Assembly (NCBI GenBank): GCA_964569525.1
Contig: CAZMVS010000138.1
Coordinates: forward strand, 1-34,269
Direction: 5' to 3'
Length of the DNA: 34,269 bases
DNA from: an uncultured Planctomycetales bacterium
GTDB taxonomy: Bacteria > Planctomycetota > Phycisphaerae > UBA1845 > PWPN01
Shown: piece after piece, positions 1-7,612 of the stretch
Numbering within the stretch: the stretch's first letter is position 1
Layout of the letters: every line of letters starts with the position of its first letter
Program-made: the position numbers and the translations under genes
Notes under the pieces: generated by a model
The model's database searches: none
What the model was told of the DNA's origin: nothing
What the model saw: only the letters and a program-made list of their open reading frames with translations

Positions 1-683
1 CGATCACCGCCCAAGCCACTACGATTGACCACTATGCCCATGGGCCGGTTCAGCGCACGACCGACATCGACAGCCATTTCCAGATCATGCAGGCCGAAAC
101 GGGTCGGTTCTGTGACGAGGCAGAGGAAGTCGCAGTCTTTAACTGCCTCTACGACTGGGCAACTGGTGCCCGGTGGTGCGTCGATGATGGTGATTTCTTT
201 GTTGTTTTTTCGACCACGTTGAATCAAATCCGCGATAACTGATACCGCCCGGATTTCACCAATTTTGAGAAATCCATGGGCAAAAGCCAGCTCGTCACAA
301 TGTCCTTCCTCGATGGTCCCGATTTCCCGCGGTTTTTCCGTAATGGCTGCCTGCTCGCAGACCAATGCGCATCCTCCACAAGAATGACATAGCTCAGGGA
401 AGACATCAATCTTGTTCGGCAGACAAATGATCGCACCATAAGCACACAGGCGGCTGCACTGGCCGCAGTAATTGCAACGTGATTCATCCACCGAGGGAAC
501 GAGGACTGTTACCGGTTCGTGCGAGGAAATGGTGGGTTTAAGGTATAGATGGCAGTCGGGTTCTTCCACGTCACAATCAAGCAACTGAGTTGAAACGCCT
601 TTTTGGGCGAAACTAAGTGCCAAGTTGACGGAGACAGTGGTTTTGCCGACGCCTCCTTTTCCACTGGCCAAAGCGATAAGCAT
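1..683 (-). CDS. MinD/ParA-superfamily P-loop ATPase with inserted 2x[4Fe-4S] ferredoxin module (N-terminus complete; C-terminus runs off the window)
   Basis: Absent from the ORF track because there is no stop codon in the window. My reverse-strand translation from ATG 683..681 reads [29 protein letters not shown] (deviant Walker A). It continues with [11 protein letters not shown] and [11 protein letters not shown] (two CxxCxxCxxxC motifs), then [11 protein letters not shown]. Confidence 0.85.
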   Translation of the reverse strand, partial: MLIALASGKGGVGKTTVSVNLALSFAQKGVSTQLLDCDVEEPDCHLYLKPTISSHEPVTVLVPSVDESRCNYCGQCSRLCAYGAIICLPNKIDVFPELCHSCGGCALVCEQAAITEKPREIGTIEEGHCDELAFAHGFLKIGEIRAVSVIADLIQRGRKNNKEITIIDAPPGTSCPVVEAVKDCDFLCLVTEPTRFGLHDLEMAVDVGRALNRPMGIVVNRSGLGGD

Positions 684-697
684 GGTTCACCAATGAT

Positions 698-1012
698 TCA
701 AGAAGAGGCATTAAATTTATCGACGGCTTCGCGGACTTTACCGGAAGCTTCTACGTAACGAATCCCCGCAGTTTGCAGGGCGTTTTCGGCCTTGGGACCC
801 AGCCGTCCGGAGAGGATAACCTCCGCTCCACGATTAGCGATTTCCTGGACGGCGGCAGGTCCTGCACCACCTGCCATTCCACTGGCAGGGTTGGAAAAGG
901 CCTCAAACTTGCCGGTTTCAGAGTCAATAATCAGGAAATAGCGACAACGTCCGAACTGTTCCGATATCTCTGCATCCATTGAACCACCGCTGGCGGCAAC
1001 TGCGATTTTCAT
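698..1012 (-). CDS. NifX/NifB-C-terminal-like (dinitrogenase FeMo-cofactor biosynthesis domain) small protein
   Basis: 104-aa ORF MKIAVAASGG...FGRCRYFLIID...GGAGPAAVQEIANRGAEVILSGRLGPKA has the typical layout of the NifB/NifX/NifY domain family. GAGGAG Shine-Dalgarno (SD) before the ATG. Starts 14 nt upstream of the MinD-like gene. Confidence 0.8.
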   Translation of the reverse strand: MKIAVAASGGSMDAEISEQFGRCRYFLIIDSETGKFEAFSNPASGMAGGAGPAAVQEIANRGAEVILSGRLGPKAENALQTAGIRYVEASGKVREAVDKFNASS

Positions 1013-1051
1013 GTCTAAACTCCTCTAAGGTTAAAAGAGATTCACCTTGTT

Positions 1052-1921
1052 TTATGCGCGCTTTACACCTTTATGATGGTGGACAACCATTTTCCCCACC
1101 TCACACTCAATGTGTCGGGCAATAACCGGGCATTTGGCCTTAAGTAGGAAAAAGATTTCACGATCCAGGTCGCTTAAGGTTTCATAATTGCCCTGCCCTT
1201 TGGAAATAACAAGGTCCGCTTGGTGAAAACGCTGCTGAAATTCCGGCGAGCACACTTCCAGGATCGTGCCCGGCGCGTCACAGCCGTTGTCGATAACCTC
1301 GGCGATTTCAGATAAACGTGCGGCCTCGGCATCTTCGCGGACTGCATCATTAATAACCGGTGCGCCTTTGACCGCCACAGTGACTTTTTTTGTCGGCAAA
1401 CGCTCGATCAGTAAACGGTCAAGGACAATTTCACCAGCGTTATCGGCAAGGTAAAGAATGTTGCCTGCGGACTCAGCGCTGGTTTTCAAGTCTTCGACGG
1501 CCCCTTCGTTGATAACAGCATCGGCGGCTTGCTCAAGAGATTCGTGGACGTCATCTTCGCTGACCTGGCTTTTGCAACCGAAATCGATAATGTTCCCTGC
1601 AATGGCCAAACGCAAGGCGGTATTGAATGGATCGTCGGATTGTTCCACCTCTTGTTGCAGACGAGGATACAAGTGCAACGCCAATTCGTTTGAGTGCTGT
1701 TTGACGGTTCGGTAGGGATCGATGTCACCGGTTAGCTCGCGCAGACGACGATGAATCTCCCTGCCAATTCGTGGCGGTGATTGATCCATGTCCATGTCAG
1801 CCGCCATCTGCAACGTAGCCCGCAGAATTTGCTCGTGAATTCGCGGTTCATTTGTTGCCAACCGGGCGGCATCCAAAGCCTGACGAACAAAACAGGGTAC
1901 ACAATCCAAGTACGTGCGCAC
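1052..1921 (-). CDS. DUF89/ARMT1-like (damage-control phosphatase family) protein
   Basis: 289 aa with an N-terminal CVPCFVRQ, plus LADNAGEIVLD and ISKGQGNYETL motifs characteristic of DUF89. GTG start lies 3 nt after the stop of the upstream gene. Confidence 0.8.
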   Translation of the reverse strand: MRTYLDCVPCFVRQALDAARLATNEPRIHEQILRATLQMAADMDMDQSPPRIGREIHRRLRELTGDIDPYRTVKQHSNELALHLYPRLQQEVEQSDDPFNTALRLAIAGNIIDFGCKSQVSEDDVHESLEQAADAVINEGAVEDLKTSAESAGNILYLADNAGEIVLDRLLIERLPTKKVTVAVKGAPVINDAVREDAEAARLSEIAEVIDNGCDAPGTILEVCSPEFQQRFHQADLVISKGQGNYETLSDLDREIFFLLKAKCPVIARHIECEVGKMVVHHHKGVKRA

Positions 1922-1924
1922 GCC

Positions 1925-2488
1925 TTAATCCGCCAACTCGATAGCGTCGCTTGGACATTCTTCTACACACAGGCCGCATCCCGTGCATTTCTCCTCGTCT
2001 ACCATCACCTGTTCGTTCATGGTGATCGCTTCCGTGGGGCAGACCTCTACACAAGCTCCACAAAGCACGCACTTTTCCTGATCGATTTTGGCTACCATCC
2101 GTGATCTCCCTGTTTTTGTTATCTGGTTTATTCGAGAGCGGATCTGCTGAAGCTGTTGCTCCATCATCTGCGCTTGTTGTTTGAGAGCCTCTAGTTCGCT
2201 TTCTCCGTTGGTGCCGGCCCGCGATTGGGGACCGGCGGGTGGAACTGGCTCCGACTCATCTTGCTCGCTACCGGGAGCCTGAGGTCCGGGCCAAGCTGGT
2301 CCAAATCCCGTTGCCCGACCTTGACCTTGTCCTCGGCCACGACCACCACGACTACCCCGGCCTTGACCTCGGCCTTGTCCACCGCCGCCGCGACCGCCGC
2401 CTTGACCGCCACCACCGCGGCTACGGCCGCCACCTTGTCCTCTACCTCGGCCTTTATCCGGAGGACCTGTTCGATCACCCCATGGCAT
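1925..2488 (-). CDS. DUF5320-like protein (MPxGDRTGP N-terminus, RGG-rich tract, coiled coil) fused to a 2x[4Fe-4S] ferredoxin domain
   Basis: 187 aa: MPWGDRTGPP, then a roughly 46-aa G/R/Q tract, then ELEALKQQAQMMEQQLQQI, then CVLCGACVEVCP and CTGCGLCVEECP. AAGGGAG SD upstream. Confidence 0.75.
   Translation of the reverse strand: MPWGDRTGPPDKGRGRGQGGGRSRGGGGQGGGRGGGGQGRGQGRGSRGGRGRGQGQGRATGFGPAWPGPQAPGSEQDESEPVPPAGPQSRAGTNGESELEALKQQAQMMEQQLQQIRSRINQITKTGRSRMVAKIDQEKCVLCGACVEVCPTEAITMNEQVMVDEEKCTGCGLCVEECPSDAIELAD
2315..2452 (-). repeat. Coding low-complexity RGG/RGQ tract
   Basis: GRGRGQGGGRSRGGGGQGGGRGGGGQGRGQGRGSRGGRGRGQGQGR, encoded by repetitive GC-rich ggc/cgg/cca DNA. This tract generates the spurious ORFs in the other frames. 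Confidence 0.9.
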
Positions 2489-2581
2489 GGGATTTACTCC
2501 CTTCTAAGTGGAAAGGGAAAAGTAAACTGCCACGAATTTACAATCTTCGGACAGTTTACCAAAATGGGTTTGCTCGAAAAA

Positions 2582-2971
2582 TTACTGCTTTTGTTGTTTT
2601 TCCGCTTCGAGTTCCTCGATTCGTTGCTTGATTTCCTGCAACGTGGATTCCATATCCTGAGCCTGTTGTTTCAGCATGGCCGCTTCTTGCTCCGGAGCTT
2701 GTGGAGCAGGATAACCCGGTTGGGCACCATAATAATAGGGATTGGGTGTTTGCGCATAGCCATAATCAGGCGCTCCCCAAGATCCTGCTCGCCAGCCACG
2801 ACCCCAGCCCCGGCCTAAACCGCGGCCTCGGCCCCAACCACGACCCCAACCCATACCACGTCCGGGTGCGGGATGCATGTATCCAGGAGCGGGATAACCA
2901 GCACAGTAACCTAGTCCACGACCAGTCATTGGCCCCATTCCCATCGGTCCAGTACGATCTCCAGCTGGCAT
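2582..2971 (-). CDS. DUF5320-like protein (paralogue of 1925..2488 without the ferredoxin domain)
   Basis: 129 aa: MPAGDRTGPMGMGPMTGRGLGYCAG, an RGW-rich tract, and a C-terminal coiled coil EAAMLKQQAQDMESTLQEIKQRIEELE that parallels the neighbouring paralogue. GGAGGTG SD upstream. Confidence 0.75.
   Translation of the reverse strand: MPAGDRTGPMGMGPMTGRGLGYCAGYPAPGYMHPAPGRGMGWGRGWGRGRGLGRGWGRGWRAGSWGAPDYGYAQTPNPYYYGAQPGYPAPQAPEQEAAMLKQQAQDMESTLQEIKQRIEELEAEKQQKQ
2774..2863 (-). repeat. Coding low-complexity RGW tract
   Basis: GRGMGWGRGWGRGRGLGRGWGRGWRAGSWG. Confidence 0.9.
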
Positions 2972-3034
2972 AATATCACCTCCGTATAAGTTAGTAGCCT
3001 GTTTGTTTCAGAAACCTATCCGCAGGTATTCATC

Positions 3035-3050
3035 TGCAGGAATCGTGCCA
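3035..3050 (-). promoter_or_regulatory. Sigma-54 (-24/-12) promoter candidate for the DUF5320...MinD-like cluster
   Basis: The minus strand reads TGGCACGATTCCTGCA against the consensus TGGCACG-N4-TTGCW. GG and GC have the correct spacing and there is one mismatch. It lies about 65 nt upstream of ATG 2971 and directly downstream of a sigma-54 activator gene. Confidence 0.6.
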
Positions 3051-3234
3051 ACCACCGCACATATGCGTAAGTTCTTAATACAAGGGAACTTATAAAATTT
3101 AAATGGCCGGAAAAAGGCCGACCCCTGTGTTTCTTAAATGTTACTATCATTATTATAATAATTATAAGTATTTAATTTATAAGAAATAATGGCGATTGAA
3201 CAGTATCCATGTAAGTAACATTTGTGAAACTGTG

Positions 3235-4593
3235 TTATTTTGGGGGGATATCAAGCTTACGCATTTTACGCCATAGGGTGGTGCGGCTGATGCCCAATTC
3301 TCGGCTGGCGGTGACTTTGTTCCAGTGGTGGCGTTTCAGAACCGCCTCGATGGCCTGTCGTTCTGACGCAGCGAGGATGGCCCTACCGCTTTCATCGGTA
3401 TTGTGAACCGGTTGATGGGCGCTTTGGGATATTTCTTCCGGTAGATGAGCTAGATTGATGGTCGGTTCCTTGACCATGACGAATGCGTGTTCGACGGCAT
3501 GCTCCAATTCTCGAACATTGCCAGGCCAATTATAGGTAACCAAGGCCCGCATGGCTTCACCGGAAACGTTTCGGACCTGCTTTCCCATCAGTTGGTTGAA
3601 TCGTTCGATAAAATGTTCGACCAATAGGGGAATATCTTCCGTACGTTCCCGTAGTGGTGGCAAGCTCAATCGTACGGTATTCAGACGATAAAAGAGGTCC
3701 TGCCGAAAACTTCCTTCCTCCACCAAGGCTCGTAAATTGCGATGAGTTGCAGCAAGTACCCGGGCATCGGTGGTTCGGGTGGTGCTTGATCCAACCGGTT
3801 CGAAAGCCCCTTCCTGGAGAACTCGCAAGAGCTTGACCTGCATCATGGGCGAGGTATCGCCGATTTCGTCCAAGAAGATGGTTCCGCCATGGGCCAGTTC
3901 AAAGCGGCCCTTGCGGTCCGCGCGGGCATCTGTAAACGCGCCGGCAACGTGGCCGAAAAGCTCTGATTCCAGCAGTGAATCAGGCAGGGCACCGCAATTG
4001 ACCTTCACAAAAGGCCCTTCGTGGCGGAGGCTTTCATTGTGAATGGCCCGGGCTAATAAGTCCTTGCCGGTCCCGGTTTCTCCTTCAATGAGTACTCCCG
4101 CATTGCTGGTCGCGATATCGGGGACCAGGGCGAAGATTTCCTGCATGCGGTGGTTTTTACTGAGTAGGTCGTGGAGCGAATACCGCCGGCGCATTTCACG
4201 CCGCAATCCTTCCACTGCGGTTAAATCGCGGAAGGTTTCCACGCCCCCGATCGCGTTGCCCGACTGATCATGCAGAACCGCAGTGGACACACTGATGGGA
4301 ATTTCCTCATTCCGGCGGTTGAGGATGGTGATCTCCAGGCCGGAAATCCTTCGTTCGGTACGCAGGGACTCATCAAGCAGGCAGCCGCCTTGGCAGACTG
4401 AGGAGCGAAAGATGTTGTAGCATTTTTGACCGATGGCTTCTTCAGCGGTGAAACCGGTGATTCGTTCCGCCGCCCGGTTGAAGCTGGTGATGACAAAATC
4501 CCGATCCACAGTAAAAACACCGTCAGCGATGGAATCCAGGATGGTAGCTACCTGTTCAGGTTCCAAGGTTGTTTTCGATGTTTGCGAAGCCAT
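3235..4593 (-). CDS. Sigma-54-dependent transcriptional activator (PAS sensor + AAA+ + Fis-type HTH)
   Basis: 452 aa with an N-terminal PAS-like region (ILDSIADGVFTVDRDFVITSFNRAAERITGF). Walker A is GETGTGKDLLA, the GAFTGA variant is GAFTDA, and IFLDEIGD is present. C-terminal HTH is ELGISRTTLWRKMRKL. Confidence 0.9.
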   Translation of the reverse strand: MASQTSKTTLEPEQVATILDSIADGVFTVDRDFVITSFNRAAERITGFTAEEAIGQKCYNIFRSSVCQGGCLLDESLRTERRISGLEITILNRRNEEIPISVSTAVLHDQSGNAIGGVETFRDLTAVEGLRREMRRRYSLHDLLSKNHRMQEIFALVPDIATSNAGVLIEGETGTGKDLLARAIHNESLRHEGPFVKVNCGALPDSLLESELFGHVAGAFTDARADRKGRFELAHGGTIFLDEIGDTSPMMQVKLLRVLQEGAFEPVGSSTTRTTDARVLAATHRNLRALVEEGSFRQDLFYRLNTVRLSLPPLRERTEDIPLLVEHFIERFNQLMGKQVRNVSGEAMRALVTYNWPGNVRELEHAVEHAFVMVKEPTINLAHLPEEISQSAHQPVHNTDESGRAILAASERQAIEAVLKRHHWNKVTASRELGISRTTLWRKMRKLDIPPK

Positions 4594-4842
4594 TTATCGC
4601 GATTATATCCAATGTGAGAGCTATTAGCTATGCGATGGCCTTGTTTTGCTGAGGTCGATTTTGTCAAAACGTCCTTTTGTGTTAATGCTCTTGGGAGTGG
4701 GTATATAAAAGTTGCAGCTGGAAGCCTGCTCGCTAGACTTATGCGTTTTACTAAAATTCCACGCTGGCGTATGTCATATTGAAACTTGGATATTGAGGGT
4801 AATATGCGGATGGGTTGGGTGTTTTGAGGTTGGAACGGTCTT

Positions 4843-5712
4843 ATGCGGATTGATTTGGAAAAAATTCGCCGAGAGAAACCTCTCCCGGACTTGTTGCAAT
4901 TTGCCTTGGTGAATATCAACAAGCCAAGCGGTCCGACTTCGTTCAAGGTCTCACAGGCGGTTCGCAAAATTCTCGGGCTGAAAAAGGGAGCCCACATGGG
5001 CACGCTTGATCCGGCGGTGACGGGGGTGCTGCCGGTGACTTTAGGTCGTGCTTGTCGGTTGGCGGAGTATTTCATGCATCGGGATAAATCCTACACGGGT
5101 ATCATGCGGCTGCACGGAGAGTTGACGGAGGAGGTGCTGTGGGAGGAAATGCAAAAATTTGTGGGCCGAATAACTCAGATTCCACCCCGCCGCTCGGCGG
5201 TTAAAAGAGCACCCCGGCAACGGGAAGTGAAGCGTTTCGAGCTGCTCGAAAAAAATGAGAGAGACGTGCTGTTTGTGGCGGAAGTCGAAGCGGGCACCTA
5301 TATCCGGACTTTGGTTCATGATCTTGGTCAAAAAACATGTGGTGCGCACATGCTCAAGTTGCATCGAACCAAGGCAGGTATTTTCGACGAATCCACCATG
5401 TGGGAATTTGATGAATTCCTTCAGCGTGTGGAGCGATATGAAAAAGGGGATGAAAAAGCGATTCGAGAGCTCCTGATTCCGGCGGAAATTGTTTCAACTT
5501 TATTACCTGTGGCATATGTGAAAGAAAATTCCGTTCAGAAGGCGTATTTTGGTCAGCCTTTAAGACAGGACGACTATGTCGAACTCCCTGATTTGGAAGA
5601 AAATACCCGTTTCTGCCTTTTCCATGGAGATACTTTCATCGCGGTGCAACGAAAAGTTATCCAAGACGATATTGTCGGGAAGTATGAATTTGTATTGACG
5701 CAGAATGTTTAA
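4843..5712 (+). CDS. truB: Pseudouridine synthase of the TruB family, archaeal/eukaryotic Cbf5-like subtype with a C-terminal PUA-like region
   Basis: 289 aa with NINKPSGPTSFKV, GTLDPAVTGVLPVTLGRA (catalytic Asp), KSYTGIMRLHG, IPPRRSAVKR, VEAGTYIRTLVHDLG and GAHMLKLHRTKAG. These blocks track archaeal Cbf5 as I remember it much more closely than E. coli-type TruB. Confidence 0.85.
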   Translation: MRIDLEKIRREKPLPDLLQFALVNINKPSGPTSFKVSQAVRKILGLKKGAHMGTLDPAVTGVLPVTLGRACRLAEYFMHRDKSYTGIMRLHGELTEEVLWEEMQKFVGRITQIPPRRSAVKRAPRQREVKRFELLEKNERDVLFVAEVEAGTYIRTLVHDLGQKTCGAHMLKLHRTKAGIFDESTMWEFDEFLQRVERYEKGDEKAIRELLIPAEIVSTLLPVAYVKENSVQKAYFGQPLRQDDYVELPDLEENTRFCLFHGDTFIAVQRKVIQDDIVGKYEFVLTQNV

Positions 5713-6806
5713 TTTTGGACGCTGTCCAGCATTCGCTGCAGGGCGATCCGAGCGTCATTTTTGGTTTGTTCATCTACGGTGATGCGGTTAACCATTCGGC
5801 CGGCGGCTAGTTCGTCCAGGCACCATAACAAGTGTGGCGTATCAATACGGAACATGGTGGTGCACAGACATTGGGGCCCACCTAACAGCTGAACTTTTTT
5901 CTGCCCCTCATACTGTTGCACCAGCCGATGTACCAGATTGATCTCCGTGCCAATTACCCAACTGGAACCTTCAGGGGCTTGCTCCAACGTTTTTATGATT
6001 TTTTCCGTGCTTCCGGTGAGGTCCGACTTCTGGACCACCTCCCAGTTGCATTCGGGGTGCACGATGATCTTGCAGCTAGGATCCATTCGGCGGGCCAGGT
6101 CGCAGTCTTCGGGGCGAAAGTATTGGTGCACGCTGCAGTGGCCTTTCCACAAGATGAATTTGGCGGAACGAAATTGTTCGTCGTTCAGGTCGTTATCGTC
6201 CGGGCCATAGAGAGCCATTGAATTCAGTGGATAGCCCATGGCGTAGGCGGTATTGCGGCCCAGATGTTGGTCGGGCAGGAATAAAATCTTGTCGCCTTGT
6301 CCCAGTGCCCATTCAAGGATCTGCCAAGCATTCCCGCTGGTGCAACAGGCCCCATCATGCCGGCCGCAGAAGGCTTTTATTTCCGCGAGACTGTTGACAT
6401 AAGTAATAGGAATGATTTTGTCGTTGTTGATATCGGTCAGGTAATCCCATGCCTCTTCCACCTGATTGAGGGTGGCCATGTCCGCCATTGTGCAGCCGGC
6501 GGAAAGGTCCGGCAGGATGACCGCCACTTTGTCTTCGGTCAAAATATCCGCTGATTCGGCCATGAATTCCACGCCGCAAAAGACCACGAATTCCGCTTGT
6601 TGTTGCTCGGCGGCCAATCGACTGAGCTTCAAGCTGTCTCCCGTTAAATCGGCGAACTGAATGATCTCGTCGCGTTGGTAATGATGTCCCAATATTAATA
6701 GGCGATCCCCGAAATTTCGCTTGTGCTCCCAGATGCGGGCCTCAATTTGCACGGGACTGAGCCGCCGATATTTATCCGGTAACGTTTGTTGAAAAACCAT
6801 GTTCAT
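5709..6806 (-). CDS. nadA: Quinolinate synthase
   Basis: 365 aa with ILGHHYQRDEIIQFAD..GDSLKLS, VFCGVEFMAESA, CTMADM, HPEC and CLCTTMFRI, the typical NadA blocks and Fe-S cysteines. Confidence 0.9.
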   Translation of the reverse strand: MNMVFQQTLPDKYRRLSPVQIEARIWEHKRNFGDRLLILGHHYQRDEIIQFADLTGDSLKLSRLAAEQQQAEFVVFCGVEFMAESADILTEDKVAVILPDLSAGCTMADMATLNQVEEAWDYLTDINNDKIIPITYVNSLAEIKAFCGRHDGACCTSGNAWQILEWALGQGDKILFLPDQHLGRNTAYAMGYPLNSMALYGPDDNDLNDEQFRSAKFILWKGHCSVHQYFRPEDCDLARRMDPSCKIIVHPECNWEVVQKSDLTGSTEKIIKTLEQAPEGSSWVIGTEINLVHRLVQQYEGQKKVQLLGGPQCLCTTMFRIDTPHLLWCLDELAAGRMVNRITVDEQTKNDARIALQRMLDSVQN

Positions 6807-7027
6807 CGGTCAGACCTGGTTGGTTAGGCATACGTTTCTTACGTTGTTGCCGTTATCGCTCGAAAACTTTTTACTGTAAAGAATACGCTCAATACATAAA
6901 TCCAAGTTCAGAATTATATTGTATTACACTATAGCTAATGATTCCTTACAAGGCGAATCGGCTTGTGGAAGGGTCGGGAAATATCGGCACATAATGGCGT
7001 GACAAGCCTGCACGGAAGAAGGGAATA

Positions 7028-7612
7028 TCAGGCGGGGGCGGTGACCAGGCGGGTCCGTGTGAGTTCCACGGTTACCGGATCGGTATCGTCTTCCGGGACA
7101 AACCTGTTTTCTTGTCTCGTAAGTTGGGTCTGGAAGGTTTGTTGGCCGGATGGAAATTCCATCGTCAGTTCAAGATCTAATTGGCCTCGATCCGGTTCAT
7201 ATTCGAGAATGCGCGCGTTGAGTAACCGGGCGTCTTGTGCGGGCGATTCCACGCCGAAAGGGGACAAAATAATTTGGGAATCGTCGAGCAGGAGATTCAA
7301 AGGGATAGTTTGTGGTGGACAATCGGCTTGTGCAGGCCAGATCTGGACGGCACCGATCCAGAGGCCGTCCAAAGGTTGATCCTCCGATTCCTCGTCCTCG
7401 GAATCCTGGTCGGGGACCAAGGCAAGGGGCAAACATAACCGGGACTTCTTGCCAGGCAGATAGTCGAGAAATTCACGAAGGGCGAGCAAGGAAATGGGCA
7501 AGGCTACCAGAACCCAACGGTAATCGCCGAGAGAGGCAGGTGCGAGAAGCGTATAAAGGGCAGCAAAAATCAGGATAAATGCCAGGATCAAGAAAAGCAG
7601 CAATTTACGCAT
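7028..7612 (-). CDS. Small membrane protein (two N-terminal TM helices, acidic linker, about 120-aa beta-rich C-terminal domain), function unknown
   Basis: I prefer the ATG at 7612..7610 (MRKLLLFLILAFILIFAALY...) over the track start at 7654. This ATG sits inside the last 8 nt of the giant upstream gene (ATGCGTAA), the classic arrangement for coupling. Confidence 0.55.
   Translation of the reverse strand: MRKLLLFLILAFILIFAALYTLLAPASLGDYRWVLVALPISLLALREFLDYLPGKKSRLCLPLALVPDQDSEDEESEDQPLDGLWIGAVQIWPAQADCPPQTIPLNLLLDDSQIILSPFGVESPAQDARLLNARILEYEPDRGQLDLELTMEFPSGQQTFQTQLTRQENRFVPEDDTDPVTVELTRTRLVTAPA

Noticed and set aside
2516-2532. Possible second sigma-54 promoter between the two DUF5320 genes (minus strand TGGCAGTTTACTTTTCC)
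   Set aside because: The -24 half is good, but the -12 position has TT instead of the invariant GC.
2191-2818. ORFs 2191..2478(-), 2225..2818(+) and 2239..2631(+) over the RGG/RGW regions
   Set aside because: These are alternate-frame and antisense readings of GC-rich repetitive DNA, giving poly-A/T/V low-complexity sequence. The DUF5320 frames have SD sequences, conserved N-termini and ferredoxin motifs.
4716-4731. Partial sigma-54-like match (CTGGAAGCCTGCTCGC) upstream of the Cbf5-like gene
   Set aside because: Only the GG/GC spacing fits. Both hexamers are poor, and a housekeeping RNA-modification gene is an unlikely sigma-54 target.
4548-5075. 175-aa minus-strand ORF spanning the EBP/truB intergenic region
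   Set aside because: It overlaps both the 5' end of the EBP gene and the 5' end of the Cbf5-like gene. It has no motifs and arises from an alternative start codon.
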